From NCBI GenBank assembly GCA_051530055.1, contig CM121342.1:8341412-8405411 (forward strand): a stretch of 64,000 nt of DNA, read 5' to 3'. The notes under the pieces were generated by a model. That model saw only the letters and a program-made list of their open reading frames with translations. It did not search any database and was not told the DNA's origin. This document shows positions 36,651-49,645 of the stretch, one piece after another (the stretch's first letter is position 1; every line of letters starts with the position of its first letter). The DNA is from Neoechinorhynchus agilis (lineage: Eukaryota; Animalia; Acanthocephala). The translations under genes were made by a program, and so were the position numbers.

Positions 36651-38204
36651 ATGATCGTCAATTTCTTAATTGCCTTCTTATCACTCGAAAGTGCCTGCGG
36701 CTACAGGTGGTACTACGACCGAGCCAATTACACTCTCTTCCGTTCAAACAAAAAAGTAGATCTTACTAAGCCCAGATTTCAAGCTGTCCGTTACGACGAA
36801 GTTGCATTTGGTCGTAATCGAACTCTTGTAAGACTTATCGAATTTAGTGAATCGCATAAAACGTACCAGGGCTGTACTCAGAAAACTCCTCGGTGTAAGG
36901 AACGTGCACATTTCGATGAAGAGCTTCAACTAAGAATAAATACCCCACCTTGCTGTCGGCGCAATCTTATTTTAACTTATTACGACGTACTGGATGTCCT
37001 TGAAAAGTTTAACTTTTCTTACAGTCTATACGGCGGCAGCTTATTAGGTGCATACCGCGACAACGGACACATTACGATTGGTGATTTTTTCATATTTTTG
37101 TAACATGTGGGAAGTGCCGAATCGGTTTAATATGAAAATCCCAATTATCTAGCAATATGCATTCATTTTGTAGATTTTTATTTTGTTCTCATTCCAGGAT
37201 TTTCGTTTGTTTGCTTCCTATCCTTACATACTCTTTCCCCACTTTCCTCGCCCTTTCCGTCAATGCTCTCCATTCCCTCGAGACCTTCCACAAGAGAGCA
37301 GCTAGAATATTCGGGACTTCACTCCCTCCCCTCGACGCCCACCTCCACTCCATTTTCTCCAAAAACGCCCTCCGTCTTCTTCAACCCCCTCCACAATTTT
37401 CTTCCTTCATCTCTATATACTCTTCGTTCGTAAACACTCGTAACCCCAACCTTTTTTCATCCCCCCTCGCTCGTACCACCCTCTACCAAAAATCTTTCTT
37501 CCCCCAAGCCCAATCTTTCCTTAATAATCGGAGAACAAGGAAATACTCCCAATCGGTCATCTCCTATACAAAGCCTCCGATCGCACATTAAAACCCCTTC
37601 AAAGACAAGTCCCACCTCCCTTGCCTTCAACATCCGTCATCCAGACACTTTCAGCAAAGATAGATGCTGGCAAGTGTGTGGATCGTGCATTTCTTACATT
37701 AATTAATAAAACGTGTTTATATTTTAATATTCCCATTTTAATTAATTGTTTGTCTCTTTTTTTTATCTCAAAGCCAACGAAGAAATCACTTGTATTCCAT
37801 ACGACGATGATATAGATTTTATTGTGAATTCAACGGAATACGATCGGTTCATGGCGGTAGCAAAACCAATACTTGAACAGGAAAACTTTCGAAAAGTTAG
37901 AGATGTTAAAGCAAGAAAGCAGACTCATATTCAAGTTAGCGATACGAATAGACTTTCGGTTGATATTTTCTGGTTCATCGACAACGGCACTTCAATTAAT
38001 ATTCAGTTCAATTTGCTTAAGTACGATAAAAAGATGATATTTCCAACCAAGCGGATTGTCTTCGAGAACAGGTCGCCACGGGGTCCAGCAAAGGTGGTGG
38101 AATATTTAGAACGAATATCTAAAAATTGGCAGTATCCTCTGGATTGCGTTATTAGAGGAGGCCATAATTGCAAGGGAAAACCCATGTATAGTAATGACCT
38201 TTAA
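36651..38204 (+). CDS. LicD/fukutin-family nucleotidyltransferase with N-terminal hydrophobic segment; two exons
   Basis: YSLYGGSLLGAYRDNGHI in exon 1 and PYDDDIDF..SVDIFWF in exon 2. Confidence 0.85.
37150..37724 (+). mobile_element. 5'-truncated CR1/L2-like LINE inside the LicD intron
   Basis: LETFHKRAARIF..KSFFPQA C-terminus, CAGCA-aagataga-TGCTG hairpin and AATAAAACGTGTTTATATT tail. Confidence 0.8.
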
Positions 38205-41019
38205 TGATCAAAAATCGAAATTTCTCACTCTCTTTAGTGCGGTGTCATATTCGCGATGTTTTACAATTATTCAAACTTTTGTAAATTCTAATTATAAAGC
38301 ACACACGAATGCAGTCAAAACTTGAACAAGCGGCACGTTAAAAAATCAATGATAATATTACCGTAGCTAAATTCGGTTTCTCGTTTATTTTTTGCGACGA
38401 TATGACAGCATAAACAAAAATTCCTCGGTCACAAATGCCGAAATTTGTTATTATCGTGTAGATGTATTGCACTTCGCTCCTTATTTTTGTAATATTTGCA
38501 CTTTATTGCTTTTGAAATTTAATTGGAATTCGCTGTTTTTGTCTGAAGTTGTAATTTAGTTAAAATCAATTTTTTGTCTCGAACTTATCTATCACGAATT
38601 CCGCTTGTGCTATTTCTATTCGTCTAAAAATTAAGGAACAGTATTTGCCGTCAATTTGATTATTTCTTCTCATAATGGGAATTTTTTAGCATGCATTCGA
38701 ACTAATATAAAGTTTTCAGAATTATTGTTAAGAAGGCTGCTGATTGTTTTAAAGTTTAATTTTTAAGATCTTCAAATTAGGCGTTATCTTACGTTTAACG
38801 GAAACATCTATACCTTCGTCCATTTTTACATTCCGATATTTTGACGAAAGAGAGATCATTGCCGAAATTAGCCAATCAGAGTAAACCGAACCGAGAAAAC
38901 ATTTTCTCTTGAGTCGTTCGTGTTTTCGTCCAAATCCTGGTTTATATTATTCGGTTAAAATTGCGAACTATAAGTTATTTCGTATTTTACAGATATTTTA
39001 ACTCTTTAAAACGTACTATTCCTTCTAATTGTTTGGAGTACAGAGGTTCACTGATATTTGAGTTTTTCTTGTTTTTATGATATTTTCCTAGGATATATTC
39101 AGACGACATATACTGCTGCTTGGAAACGTTATTGTTTAAAAGATGTCATCCTCTTTTTGAGATCGTTACTGCCATCTCTAAACATGTTTATCGACGAATC
39201 ATAAATGAAAAAACATAGCGTTTGATTGTGTTTAAATCGCACTTCCATATTACCTTTCGTTTTTCTTAGGTTTTTATGGCATGATTTATATTCAAAAACA
39301 TTCTTTACCTTAGCGTCAGCTAGGACGGTTTAGCGATCGATGATTTGGAGACTTCGGCGCTTGCATCGATTAACTCATTCAGACTTTTATTTTGAACACC
39401 GCTTACTTTTTTAGAGATTCCACATTGATCTTCTTCATTCGTCTGTTTCTGAGACTCGGCATTGGTCAAATCCTGTTTAAAATAATTCGTAACTCCGTTT
39501 TTCTCATTTTCGAAAACTGATTTTATTTTAGAGGCCACTCCTTTTGATGAGATGTTCGAGAATTGTATTGTCCTTAATTTGTTTTATTCTGTATAAAATC
39601 CGTATTAATTTCGATTCACGGAATTCGGCCTTTGTCGCGTTCATGTGAAGAATTTCATGCAGGATACCGGATACCATTTTTTCGACCTTGTAATCTTCGT
39701 TCAATGCAATTCTAAGCTTTCTATAGAGCGCACAAATTAGGTTTTTGTACTTCTGACTTATTCATTTTTGTCTGAAAGTAGTTGTTTCCGAGCTGATGGC
39801 GCAGCATTCAGAGTATGTTATCTCGTTGATTCTAGTTTACGACAGTGATCTACGTTTAATATTTTCTTGAATTTGATCCTTGATTTATAGAGGAAACATT
39901 TTGTGCTATAGTTCTCCTCATTGCTCGCCATTCGCTTTACAATTTGGAACATATCACAATTAAGAATATCGTTATCGGTAACCGATCAAGTCAATCATTA
40001 TCGTAGATTTCCTTTCGCTAACGTTTGAATGACCGCCCTGTAATCTTCATCCAAATTGTCCCGAAATTCGTCTCATATTTTTTCGAATGACTTCTCCTCG
40101 TTTGTTAAGCATTCTCGTTTCGATCTTTAGCTTTCTGAAGATTACTAAACGCGTGGTTCATCGAAGGTTGCCGAATTTGAGCAAGATCTTGGTTATCGCG
40201 TTTTTGAATTAAAAACATTTGAATAAACTTTTTCCAATTTTAGGTCTTCATTGACTTTGCTCACTCGCCAAAATAGCAACAAATAATAAAATAATTACAG
40301 AGTCAAAAAATGCGTTTCTCATCTAATTATGTGAAGGATTGTGAGCAATTTTTTTTATCGTAGAGTTGAATTTTTATGGTCACTACTTTCAATGATTGTT
40401 TTCAAATTTTTAAATCTCCAAGATTTTAAAGGAATGACAGCATATCAGGACTTAAAATTTTCTTACAACCAACAGCTACTTCTTTAATGCAAAAAACACA
40501 TTAAATTTTTTATAATTGAATTGGTCCAGCGGAAATAAATTCTCCACGTGATTCAGGTTTATGACCAAGTACCCAGTGGAACTATCTGTTGCCGAGACAT
40601 TGCTTAGGTCCCGGACGGTTGGACGGGGAAGGAATGTTCCGCAGACAATGTGAGAGAGAGTTATGGACATCAGATAGACAAAGCCCCAGAACTGCTCAAC
40701 ATTCCGTTTCGATGTAACTACTTTAACATAGTTTACATTCCCATGTACGTTTGTATATTATCAAGAACTGAACATTTTGAGCGCCATTGCAATCGTTTAT
40801 GGTGATTTAAAACGTTTCATTATAAAACTGGCATTGATTATCCCGGCGGTATTTAACAATTCATTTTTCAGAGATGATGTATTTTAGTTAATTTTAGGCG
40901 ACATAGAGCTGGAGGCATTATTTACATTGTTTACTTTTAGATTTAGAGATCTACAATAAGAGAAAGATTCCAATAAATCGGATTTGATTTTCCAATATTC
41001 GTGGATGAAATTTTGAGCG

Positions 41020-41091
41020 TCGGTGTTAGTATAGTGGTGAGTATACCCGCCTGTCACGCGGGTGACCGGGGTTCGATTCCCCGACACCGAG
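41020..41091 (+). tRNA. tRNA-Asp (GTC)
   Basis: Identical to 21739-21810. Confidence 0.96.
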
Positions 41092-41589
41092 ATCGAATCT
41101 TTAAAAGGCGTCGTGTTTTCTTGTTCTTCGACAATGGTTAGCTAATTTCAATCAATTAAAAAATTTGAGTACTGAGAAATCGCAAAAGGAACAATCGAGG
41201 TCGGACAACTGGCAGTGACATATACACTCATGATAGCTGAAAATTCCCGGCCTTTTATTGAAACGGCCCAACTAAACATTAATCACGTTGGTAAAAGCAC
41301 TGCTTTGACAAGAAATAATTATCTACATTGTTTACAAGTTGCTTTGCTTTCTTGCTTCGTGTCTCCATTTTGACAATCATCAAACAATTTAAATACCGCA
41401 TCTAATGGACAGTAAATTATTACATTGGCTTAAAACTAACAAATGTATATTGAATATTATCATTCAATTTTAGTCAATCCCTTTCTTGTCCGGCTTATTT
41501 ATTTAGGCATAAAGCCAAACCAATTACATCAGAGAAGTGATATAACCACATAGTCTCTAATGCAGGGTTAAGAGTTTGTACATTCCTCC

Positions 41590-41790
41590 GGATCCTCAGA
41601 TACCTCCAGGAGGCGGGACTCATCAGTGAGTTTCCTCCGTTCAGCGGTATTTCGTCCCCTTTGGCTGTGCGTCATTAGTGGTAACGGATTCGAACCACTT
41701 GACCCCTAATCGGTATCATGGGCATTAGTCCACTTGACCACCTCGACATAACTACGAAATGTCAAACTTAGCCAGTTTATCGACTCAGGG
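41590..41790 (-). ncRNA. Unidentified structured Pol III-type or tRNA-derived element
   Basis: Minus strand has an A box (TGGTCAAGTGG), a B box (GGTTCGAATCC) and several GC hairpins downstream. Confidence 0.4.
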
Positions 41791-42134
41791 TGAGCGCTGT
41801 GTTAGTAACAATGTCTTAGCTTCTTATTCCAAACATTTGTGCTATTTCTATTTTTATGTAATAAAAGGCCAATAATCTCAATTTTTATTGTTTAAAATTT
41901 TATGGAAATCGAGTAAAATCACATGCTTTAATTTAGGTTCTGGCATAAAAAATCAGCGATGAACACATCGATATATTTCGTTTCAAACTTAAATGTTTTT
42001 GAACTGTGCATTAAAGTGACGAGTTGTGAATGTAAGACTTTCTCTCTCTTAGACTAGAATTTTTATGTACGAAGAATTCCATTTATATATTTGCAGACAG
42101 TGCTATTCAAGAGACCGTTTACTCATTTAATGTC

Positions 42135-42410
42135 ATCGAAGTGTTTTCCGCATTGTCTCCAACCAAGCCTGTGACTAATGTCGAGTTTGCTGCGTTTTAT
42201 GTACTTCGGAGAAGCCTATTGTGATATTCTGCTATTATAAGATCCTTGAAACTTCCGCAAGGTATCGATGAATCGAAGTGTTTTCCGCATTGTCTCCAAC
42301 CAAGCCTGTGACTAATGTCGAGTTTGCTGCGTTTTATATACTTCGGAGAAGCCTATTGTGATATTCTGCTATTATAAGATCCTTGAAACTTCCGCAAGGT
42401 ATCGATGAAT
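42135..42410 (+). repeat. 137-bp tandem duplication (2 copies)
   Basis: ATCGAAGTGTTTTCCGCATTG... starts at 42135 and 42272. Confidence 0.92.
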
Positions 42411-44099
42411 TCGCAATTAATCCAATAGAAAGCCGCCAATTTACTCCAAACCGCAATTTATTTTTACAAATAAATGCTGTGATTGAGAGAGAAAACAGGA
42501 GTTAATGACGATCATAAGCGAGAAATATATTCTGCTAACTGCTTCACAGAATGCTGAGCATTTTATCGAAAAGGCAGCCAAGTTAATGCTGTACTCGTAC
42601 AGGTTTGTACAATTAAAAAATCTGTTTTTTATAATGAGTTCTTGCGACCGTTTTTATTGCGATTTGTGAAATACTTAAGTGAGTTCATCTCTAGTCTTAT
42701 AGAAATTTATTCAGCGCATTTTAGTGTAAGTATATTTCAAAGCTATTTATACCGAAAATTCACTTTGTTTATTAAAAGTAAAATTTTCGACTTTAAGGCC
42801 AGTTTTTATGTTTTGTTTCTTATAAAATTAAATCAACCATTTTTAAACTGTCAACATATAGCCTCCTCCAAAATAGTTGATAGTAAAGTAATATCTTAAT
42901 CGTAATCGCCTTTTAACTTCAAATTTCAAAATTCTGAATTTTTAAAATGCTATCAAGAGCGAATTGTTTACATTTTTATTTAAACATTTAGGATAAATCC
43001 AATTTTTCTGTAAGGGAATCGAGTTATGCCGAATCTTTTGAATTTTAAAAAATATAACCTCATCCCGTTTAGCTGATTTTTGTATTTACAGATGCAAGTT
43101 TTACAATTAATCTCGATTGTTTCAAAATTATATCGTTATGTTGAGTCGAGTAAAGATGTTGTTCCTTTCCTTAATTCCAGCTCTCCATTATCTTTCCCCG
43201 TATCCGCCCAAGAAAGTTCTTAAAGAATTTCGCCCTCGAGTAAACACGCTATATTTGAGTAAAAATCTATTTGATATCGACAAGCAAACACACTCTCTCG
43301 AATTCGGTCTCAGTGTATTGTATTTGTTCGATGGCACCGTAAACGATCATCAGCTTTGCTTCATAATAGCGTTATTAGATAAAGTCGGTGATAGGTTTGT
43401 TGAGGAGCGAGATATAGCCATTCTGTGGATGGCAAGTGTCGGTGATATTTCTACAGGGAGGAACAAAATTGAACACGTTGTCTCAGACAATAAATAAAAC
43501 AAGAGTCTGCGCCTTGTGTCACACCAGCATCCGACAAATATGAGTCTAGTGCCATTTTGGAAGTCGATGTTTAGTGCCGCCTGTCGATTGCATTTCTCGT
43601 GTTAATGATTCTTGAAATGTTTCGATTACACATAGCTAAAATAACATGGAAAGTTCAATTAATGTAATGAAATTCGATACTATTTTCTATTCAGGCAAAC
43701 ACACAAATGTCATTCATTAAAATTTTAAAAATTATTATCTAACAAGGGTTTGTATAAAAGGTTTTATTTAAATTAGAACGAAATTGTATCAACGAACGTG
43801 CGAAACAACCTTGATCAATAAATTATTTTAGTTTTTTGCCATATAAAAACAAGAACAAATTCATTGATTTTTATACATGTGTGGGTGTAAAAAAATTAAA
43901 TCAAGTATATCTATACTGAGTATGAAATTACTTTTTTAAAAAAGAAACACAATCACACTTTTTAGTGGTTTTAATTAAAAAAATTTGCAAGTTTCTTCAT
44001 CGTTTTTCAATTTTTGTCTGTTTGCAAGTATTATTCCAAAGAATTGTCGATATGTGTGAGGAGTAGGAGGTACCGGCGCGGGGGGGGCAAAAAAGGGGT

Positions 44100-44235
44100 G
44101 TTATTTAGAAGTCTTCACCCGGTAAATCATTTATTAAAAACGTTCTGCGAACATCGTCAGGTTGGTATTAAGCGTCTTTTAATAACTAAAAAACTGATGA
44201 TGAACCCGACGAGGTTAGCAGAACGTATTTAATAA
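44100..44235. repeat. Degenerate head-to-head pLTR pair
   Basis: Minus AACCTGACGATGTTCGCAGAACGTTTTTAATAAA versus plus CTGATGATGAACCCGACGAGGTTAGCAGAACGTATTTAATAAA. Confidence 0.5.
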
Positions 44236-44369
44236 AAAATGCTTAAAGATTGAATTATTCATGCTTGTTTATGGTGTAAAAATTAAAAGAATTTATTGAT
44301 TCCAATATTTCGACACAATCCTTGCCAAAGATTGTAGTCATGCAGAGGTTCTGATTAATGAAATCTATG

Positions 44370-44528
44370 ACCTGGCGTAAAACAAGAGAGTCCTTTACGG
44401 CCCGCCACCATGTTGAGTTGCCACCTGATCGAATTTTAGAGGAAAGGAAGTTTTTGCGGGCGATAAGTATTTTGTTAGTAAGTGTTTTTTGTAAACGGGG
44501 AGAGTCTGGCTGTTATTGCGACGGGACT
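44370..44528 (-). mobile_element. Short fragment of the LINE at about 25770-25920 (inverted)
   Basis: The two loci share the antisense peptide RES(L/F)TARHHVELPPDRILEERKFLRAI. Confidence 0.8.
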
Positions 44529-45642
44529 GTCGATTTCCCATGTAGAAAAAAGAGATTTTGGACAACTATTCTTTTAAATGCACCTTTAGGAGAATCGAAA
44601 GTTTTGTTAAACGCTCAAGAAACTTGACGAAACCAAAGGCGAATAATTGTGTCTCTTCGTACGCCCCTTTCTACAAGCATTGCTAAAAAGCTAGGAAAGT
44701 TATTCTACAGCCTAAATATTGATTATAACCTTTGAAGCAACATTTAAATTAGTTATTTTTTAACAAAATTCTTGCCTATAACGTTTTTAGAATACTATAA
44801 GCAAACGATTTCAGTAATACGAACTACAGATCGGTTAAAATGTGAACCGATGGATTTTATGGGATAGATTGTAATTTATTCCCCGGCACCTCACATATCG
44901 ACATTTTTATATCGATGAAGAATATATGGAGCGTAAAATAAAGATTTTATGAATTTTAAAAGTTTTTTAAATGTTTTGACGATGTCCTTCTTTTTTCAAG
45001 ATTATTACTTTAAATTCAAAAGTAGTCGTTTAATATAAATTTTTAAATTTAAATCTAAGATAACTAGAAACCGCATACATTTGTCACAATAAATTTATAA
45101 CACTCATTTAATCATTATTTGGTTTCTGCATAAATATCTATTAGGTACAAATATTTGTTGTTGATAATGAAAATATATTTTGTGTTGCAAGCTCTCCGAT
45201 TTCTTCGTAGAAACATTAACTGACTACTGTATTTATCTGCTAAGAAATTCGCTGGATGTTCATGCAATGCTCTCCAATGCTCATTTTCTGCCGAGCGTTG
45301 TTTCGAATAATTTATCCTTTTTTGTCACCAAATTAATTATTGAAGTTTATTCCTTTATACATGTAAATGTGCTGATCGACTTTGCACAAAAGCGGTGCTA
45401 TTCTTGTGGGCATCTTTACTTCTCCATTTCCAATCACGCACAAGAACTATCGATCGATTGTTTCATTATATAAAACTCGAACATAGTCATAAGAATATAA
45501 ATCACAACTCTAAGCAAATTGAACGAGTATGCAGCAGACTACAAACATTCAAGCGGTTCCGAATCTCATAGAATTCCGAAATTAAACACTAGGTTTTAAA
45601 TCTCTCACAAATTATTTCAGAGTTTAATTCGGACGTTAATAC
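44529..45642 (-). repeat. Inverted copy of 29339-30668
   Basis: Reverse-complement match with two internal deletions. Confidence 0.93.
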
Positions 45643-45689
45643 TTTTTGTTCTACGAATCGGAATAAATCTTCTCCACGGACGACTCCAC

Positions 45690-46475
45690 ACTCTCCACTC
45701 TTGGTACTATCTCTAATGCCTTTTTCGAAACTTCATAACTGTTGATGATGGTTCCCAGCTTTTCGAGTGCCAGGTTCTTATGTTGGAAGGCAGATCGTCG
45801 TATTTCGCTCATGTGGGATGTTTAATATTACTGTATCACGAATCCGCATCTCGGTAGCTTTTTGCTCATCTTGCACTTCCGATTTAAAAAAATTGCATCC
45901 TATTGACACGTCCCATAGCTCTGATATCCAATCCTTATAACCTTGTCCTGGTTTCATTTGGGTCTTACTAAAACGATATCGTGCAGCTACCTCGTGTACT
46001 TGTTTCAACTCTTCGAAAGAGCAATCACTGGGTTTTCTCGTGCCCAAACTTTTCCGAACCTTTGCATAAATCTGCGGACTGGTCCACGCCAACAAGCAAG
46101 CCTGCATTACGTCTTAGGTTTCAACCCCGCACAATTCTAAATCTTTTGACCTCATAATCATCCCACGTCTCACTATCAAGATCGAAAGACCGAAACACTT
46201 GTATATCTCTATGCTTTTGCTCGATTCTATTTTCGCCCAGCTTTGTTTGTCCCATTGGTTTAATCATCAATTCCAGCAACTCATGTTGCTTCTCTATGAG
46301 GGACTGCATCATTGAGATCCTACTCTCGTCATCAAATGTCGTGCTCTGATCTGTGTTAGGTGAACGCATATATATTTAACAACGAACACACGCTCACAGT
46401 ATAACAAGGCACCAAGTGCCAAATAATTACCATGTGACGACACCGTCAATCGTTATATTACTACATTATTACAGT
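45690..46475 (-). mobile_element. Ty3/Gypsy gag fragment with a candidate short LTR (about 46353-46474)
   Basis: FDLDSETWDDY, LLAWTSPQIY..KPSDCSFEEL, HEVAARYRF..GQGYKDWISEL..C.F and IRDTVILNI; TG...CA-bounded segment upstream. Confidence 0.75.
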
Positions 46476-46949
46476 TTTGTTGCTATCCCGCACGTAAAGC
46501 ATCGTATTGAAAAGCGATACCTTATTGTGGTTAAGGGATAACATTTCTGGCCTGTTTTATACGAATCTAAGAATTCGAAGAGGCAACAGAGATGCGTATC
46601 TCCTTTAATGAGAATTTAAGTACTCTCGTGCCACACATATACATCAAGGATTTATTATATATAAATTTGCAGAAGAGATCGTCGTTCTCTGTAGATCGTC
46701 TTTGTGATCCGCTAAAAGAACGATGTCGTCTTCATGGAAGAAGTACGATAGCTTCTCCTCCCTCGCCGAAGGTGCAGTCGAGTTTAGAATCATGTAAGGA
46801 TTTGGCTAGGTAATCCAGGCATAGAGCAAATAGAAAAGGTGAAAGCGGGAAAATAGGACCTATAAACGCACCGCCACTTGTGTGGATGTTAATCTTAATG
46901 GAGCGGTGAGACACCCTGCGCTGTTTACTCGCGCTTCAACGAGTTTCTT

Positions 46950-47640
46950 CACTTTAACATTCAGAGCACTGGGCAGGATGCGTATCTCCTTTAATGAGAA
47001 TTTAAGTACTCTCATGCCACACATAAACATGTCTTATACGTCCATTGGCTAACCTAATTAGTCGCAGGCCAATCAAAAAGGCAGGTAAAAGTGCATAGGA
47101 AATTAGATAGATACACATTGCGATCACAGCGAACGTATCGATGTAAAAGTAGCAAAACGTAAATACCATAATAACTCTCAAAATGCCTCCAAGAAATCGC
47201 ACACTGTATTGTGCGAAAGTATCAAACGAGTAACTATCCGTACTTATGAGACTGCTAAGATATCCCGATTCGATTCGATTGCATTGATGAAGAGAAAGCT
47301 TTAAGCACTAGAATGTGTAGCCAAGGAATTGCGCAATTTTATCATTCTCAAAATTTCTTACCTTTGCATAAACCAATCTCATGAAAGCCGCTCTTGCTTC
47401 GAAGCCAAGGCATAGTGATTCATGCAGCGACCAACAACTCGTAAGTGAACTTGCGTGAAATAATGAAATTTGAGATAGCAAGAAGATCCATGCACGATTG
47501 TCTGTGAGAGGATTCGACCGAATATAGGGATCATCGCGAGAAGAAGTGCGGCTTGTTTGAGAAGTGAAACAAATAAATAGGGAAAACAAATTTCCCAGTT
47601 TAAAATAGTTGGTTCATCCTTACTCAACACTCCAGACTCT
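46950..47640 (-). pseudogene. ABCC/CFTR-like transmembrane-domain fragment with frameshifts; upstream exons possibly to about 49400
   Basis: PIFGRILS, GFEARAAFMRLVYAK|gtaaga and YVWHES resemble ABCC TMD1. The frame changes at about 47495. Confidence 0.4.
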
Positions 47641-49419
47641 AATTTCGATTACGACACAAAAATTAAAGTTGAATTAAAGATAAATTCTACTTTTTGCTTA
47701 TATTTTGCAACGGGTATGAGACATTTGTTCTTAAATGGAACGCGGAAGCTTCCATTGTATCGGATTGACAAATATCTATAAAAAAGGACTTTTTTGACAT
47801 AAACCTAGTACACAACTGCGGTTCTATGCTACCAATAAAAGGGCTTATAAAACTATGAAAACCGAGTGATCAGAAATGATGATTTTACCAGTGGTCGAAA
47901 ATGCTGACCTCTAATACATTAAGGAACGTCGATAGTATGATTTTTTTGGAGAAATACGCAGAGAAATATCTGTGTCAGACTGCGCTTTTTTGACGATAGT
48001 TGATTTTTCCATCTCCTGTTGAAAATAAAAATTATTTGCACATAATATTTTTTTGATACCGTTCAATTTCCCTTCCAGCTCGAGATGCTTTTCTTTGCTC
48101 GGGTAATCCAGAGATGTCCGTTTCGTGAAGAGGTCTATGAATGCGAAAAAAGATTGGTGCAACATACCTAAGAAATGTTTCAGTTTAAAGGTTATTTAAA
48201 AAATAGTAACAAACGAAAAATAAAGTTTTGCAAAAAGATTTGTTCCAGATGCAATATTTGCTATATTCTGAACTTTGAAGCTGATCATTGCGTTGAAGCG
48301 CCGATATCGCTGTGAGCTTTGTCGACGAATGTCGCATAGCAATATATCCATCCTGAACTCGACATTGTTTGTCGGCAGGTTTAAGCAAAAGCAAACTAAT
48401 TTTGTTAAAAACATCTAACAAGTTGTTTATGCGATATGTTTTCGATGAAGATGCAACACAGTTTAGAATGCGATATATATAGGTTTCCAAAAACCATCAG
48501 AGTGTGCAACAGTTTTCTGCCAAAACTTTGAATGAAGATTTCAGGCCTCATAATCCCCAGGATGGGCCAAAAATTACTGTGGTTAGTTTGATCCCTTGAA
48601 CCGATTTGATAATGAAAGAAGTTTGGGTGTAAGTGGTGCTCTTTAGTTCTCGACGTTTAGTTTAATTTTAAAATGTCTGTGCGTAAGGAAAACTATATAA
48701 AAATCTTCAGGGAAGCTCTGGGCCCTGCTGATGTAAGTTTTGTTGATGCTAAGTAAAAACACTATTTTCTCAAAATGTTTTGAGATTTAAAGATCTCCTT
48801 CCCTGGCTTTATCATAAAGGTAGCGTTCTCAGATGTTTCCATGTCAGTTTGTGGGTCAGGACAGGAATATTTCCACATTGGGTCACATTCCGTGAGTACC
48901 GCGAATCCATCTACGACTAAAACCTGATAATTTGTCAATAATATGCTTGATGGAGACCATCCAAATCGCAATGCACTTTTAAATCTAGATGCTTAATGTG
49001 CCCGCGGCTCCACATAAAAAATGAGAACAACTCCATGGGAAGAACAAAATACGCCAATTGTGGTAAAATTCATCCTGCCTTTTTGCGAGTTTGCACGTTT
49101 GTTAACAAATATTCTAGTGAAGCTCGCAGTAAGGACAAAAAGAGAAACCGAAAAATTTGATCGGCAAAATATCTTGAAGGTTACTAAACGTGGCACTGAA
49201 GCTTCTTAGCCGAGTGAATCTGCCCAAAAGACTCACAATGAAGCGGGCAAAAATGAGGTGAGGCTCAGAAGGTCTTTTGCTGATGTTAATGATCTCTCTT
49301 TCAAGGGAAGAGACCTTCTCAAAGAAATAAATCTTCCTAAAAAAACATAAATCGGATCATCAATAGACTTGCCCTTCAAGCGTGCTCTAATAACGAGATC
49401 GAATCCACACAATTCCACA

Positions 49420-49645
49420 TTCTAGATTTGATGGATTATTTACAACAACTAAATGCGTAGATATTGGAGATCTTAAAAACATCAAACCATGATACGGATA
49501 TTCCCATCCGCCCGGACTCGTAATCCACTCCAAAATCAATAGTCAGATTAATTTATCCAATCACAACTCGAGTGTTTATGAAGACCCAAAGGGAGATTTG
49601 GGTCCTCTTCATTGTGCTTTAACAAATAAAACGTGTTATTATTAT
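49420..49645 (+). mobile_element. LINE 3' tail
   Basis: GACCCAAA-gggaga-TTTGGGTC hairpin and AATAAAACGTGTTATTATTAT. Confidence 0.7.

Noticed and set aside
40476-40720. NVEQFWGF motif resembling eIF4E2 or a Merlin transposase
   Set aside because: Flanking residues do not continue either alignment; the match is too short.
41610-41660. Canonical type II hammerhead
   Set aside because: Stems I and III and the UH site cannot be formed. It is kept only as part of an unidentified structured island.
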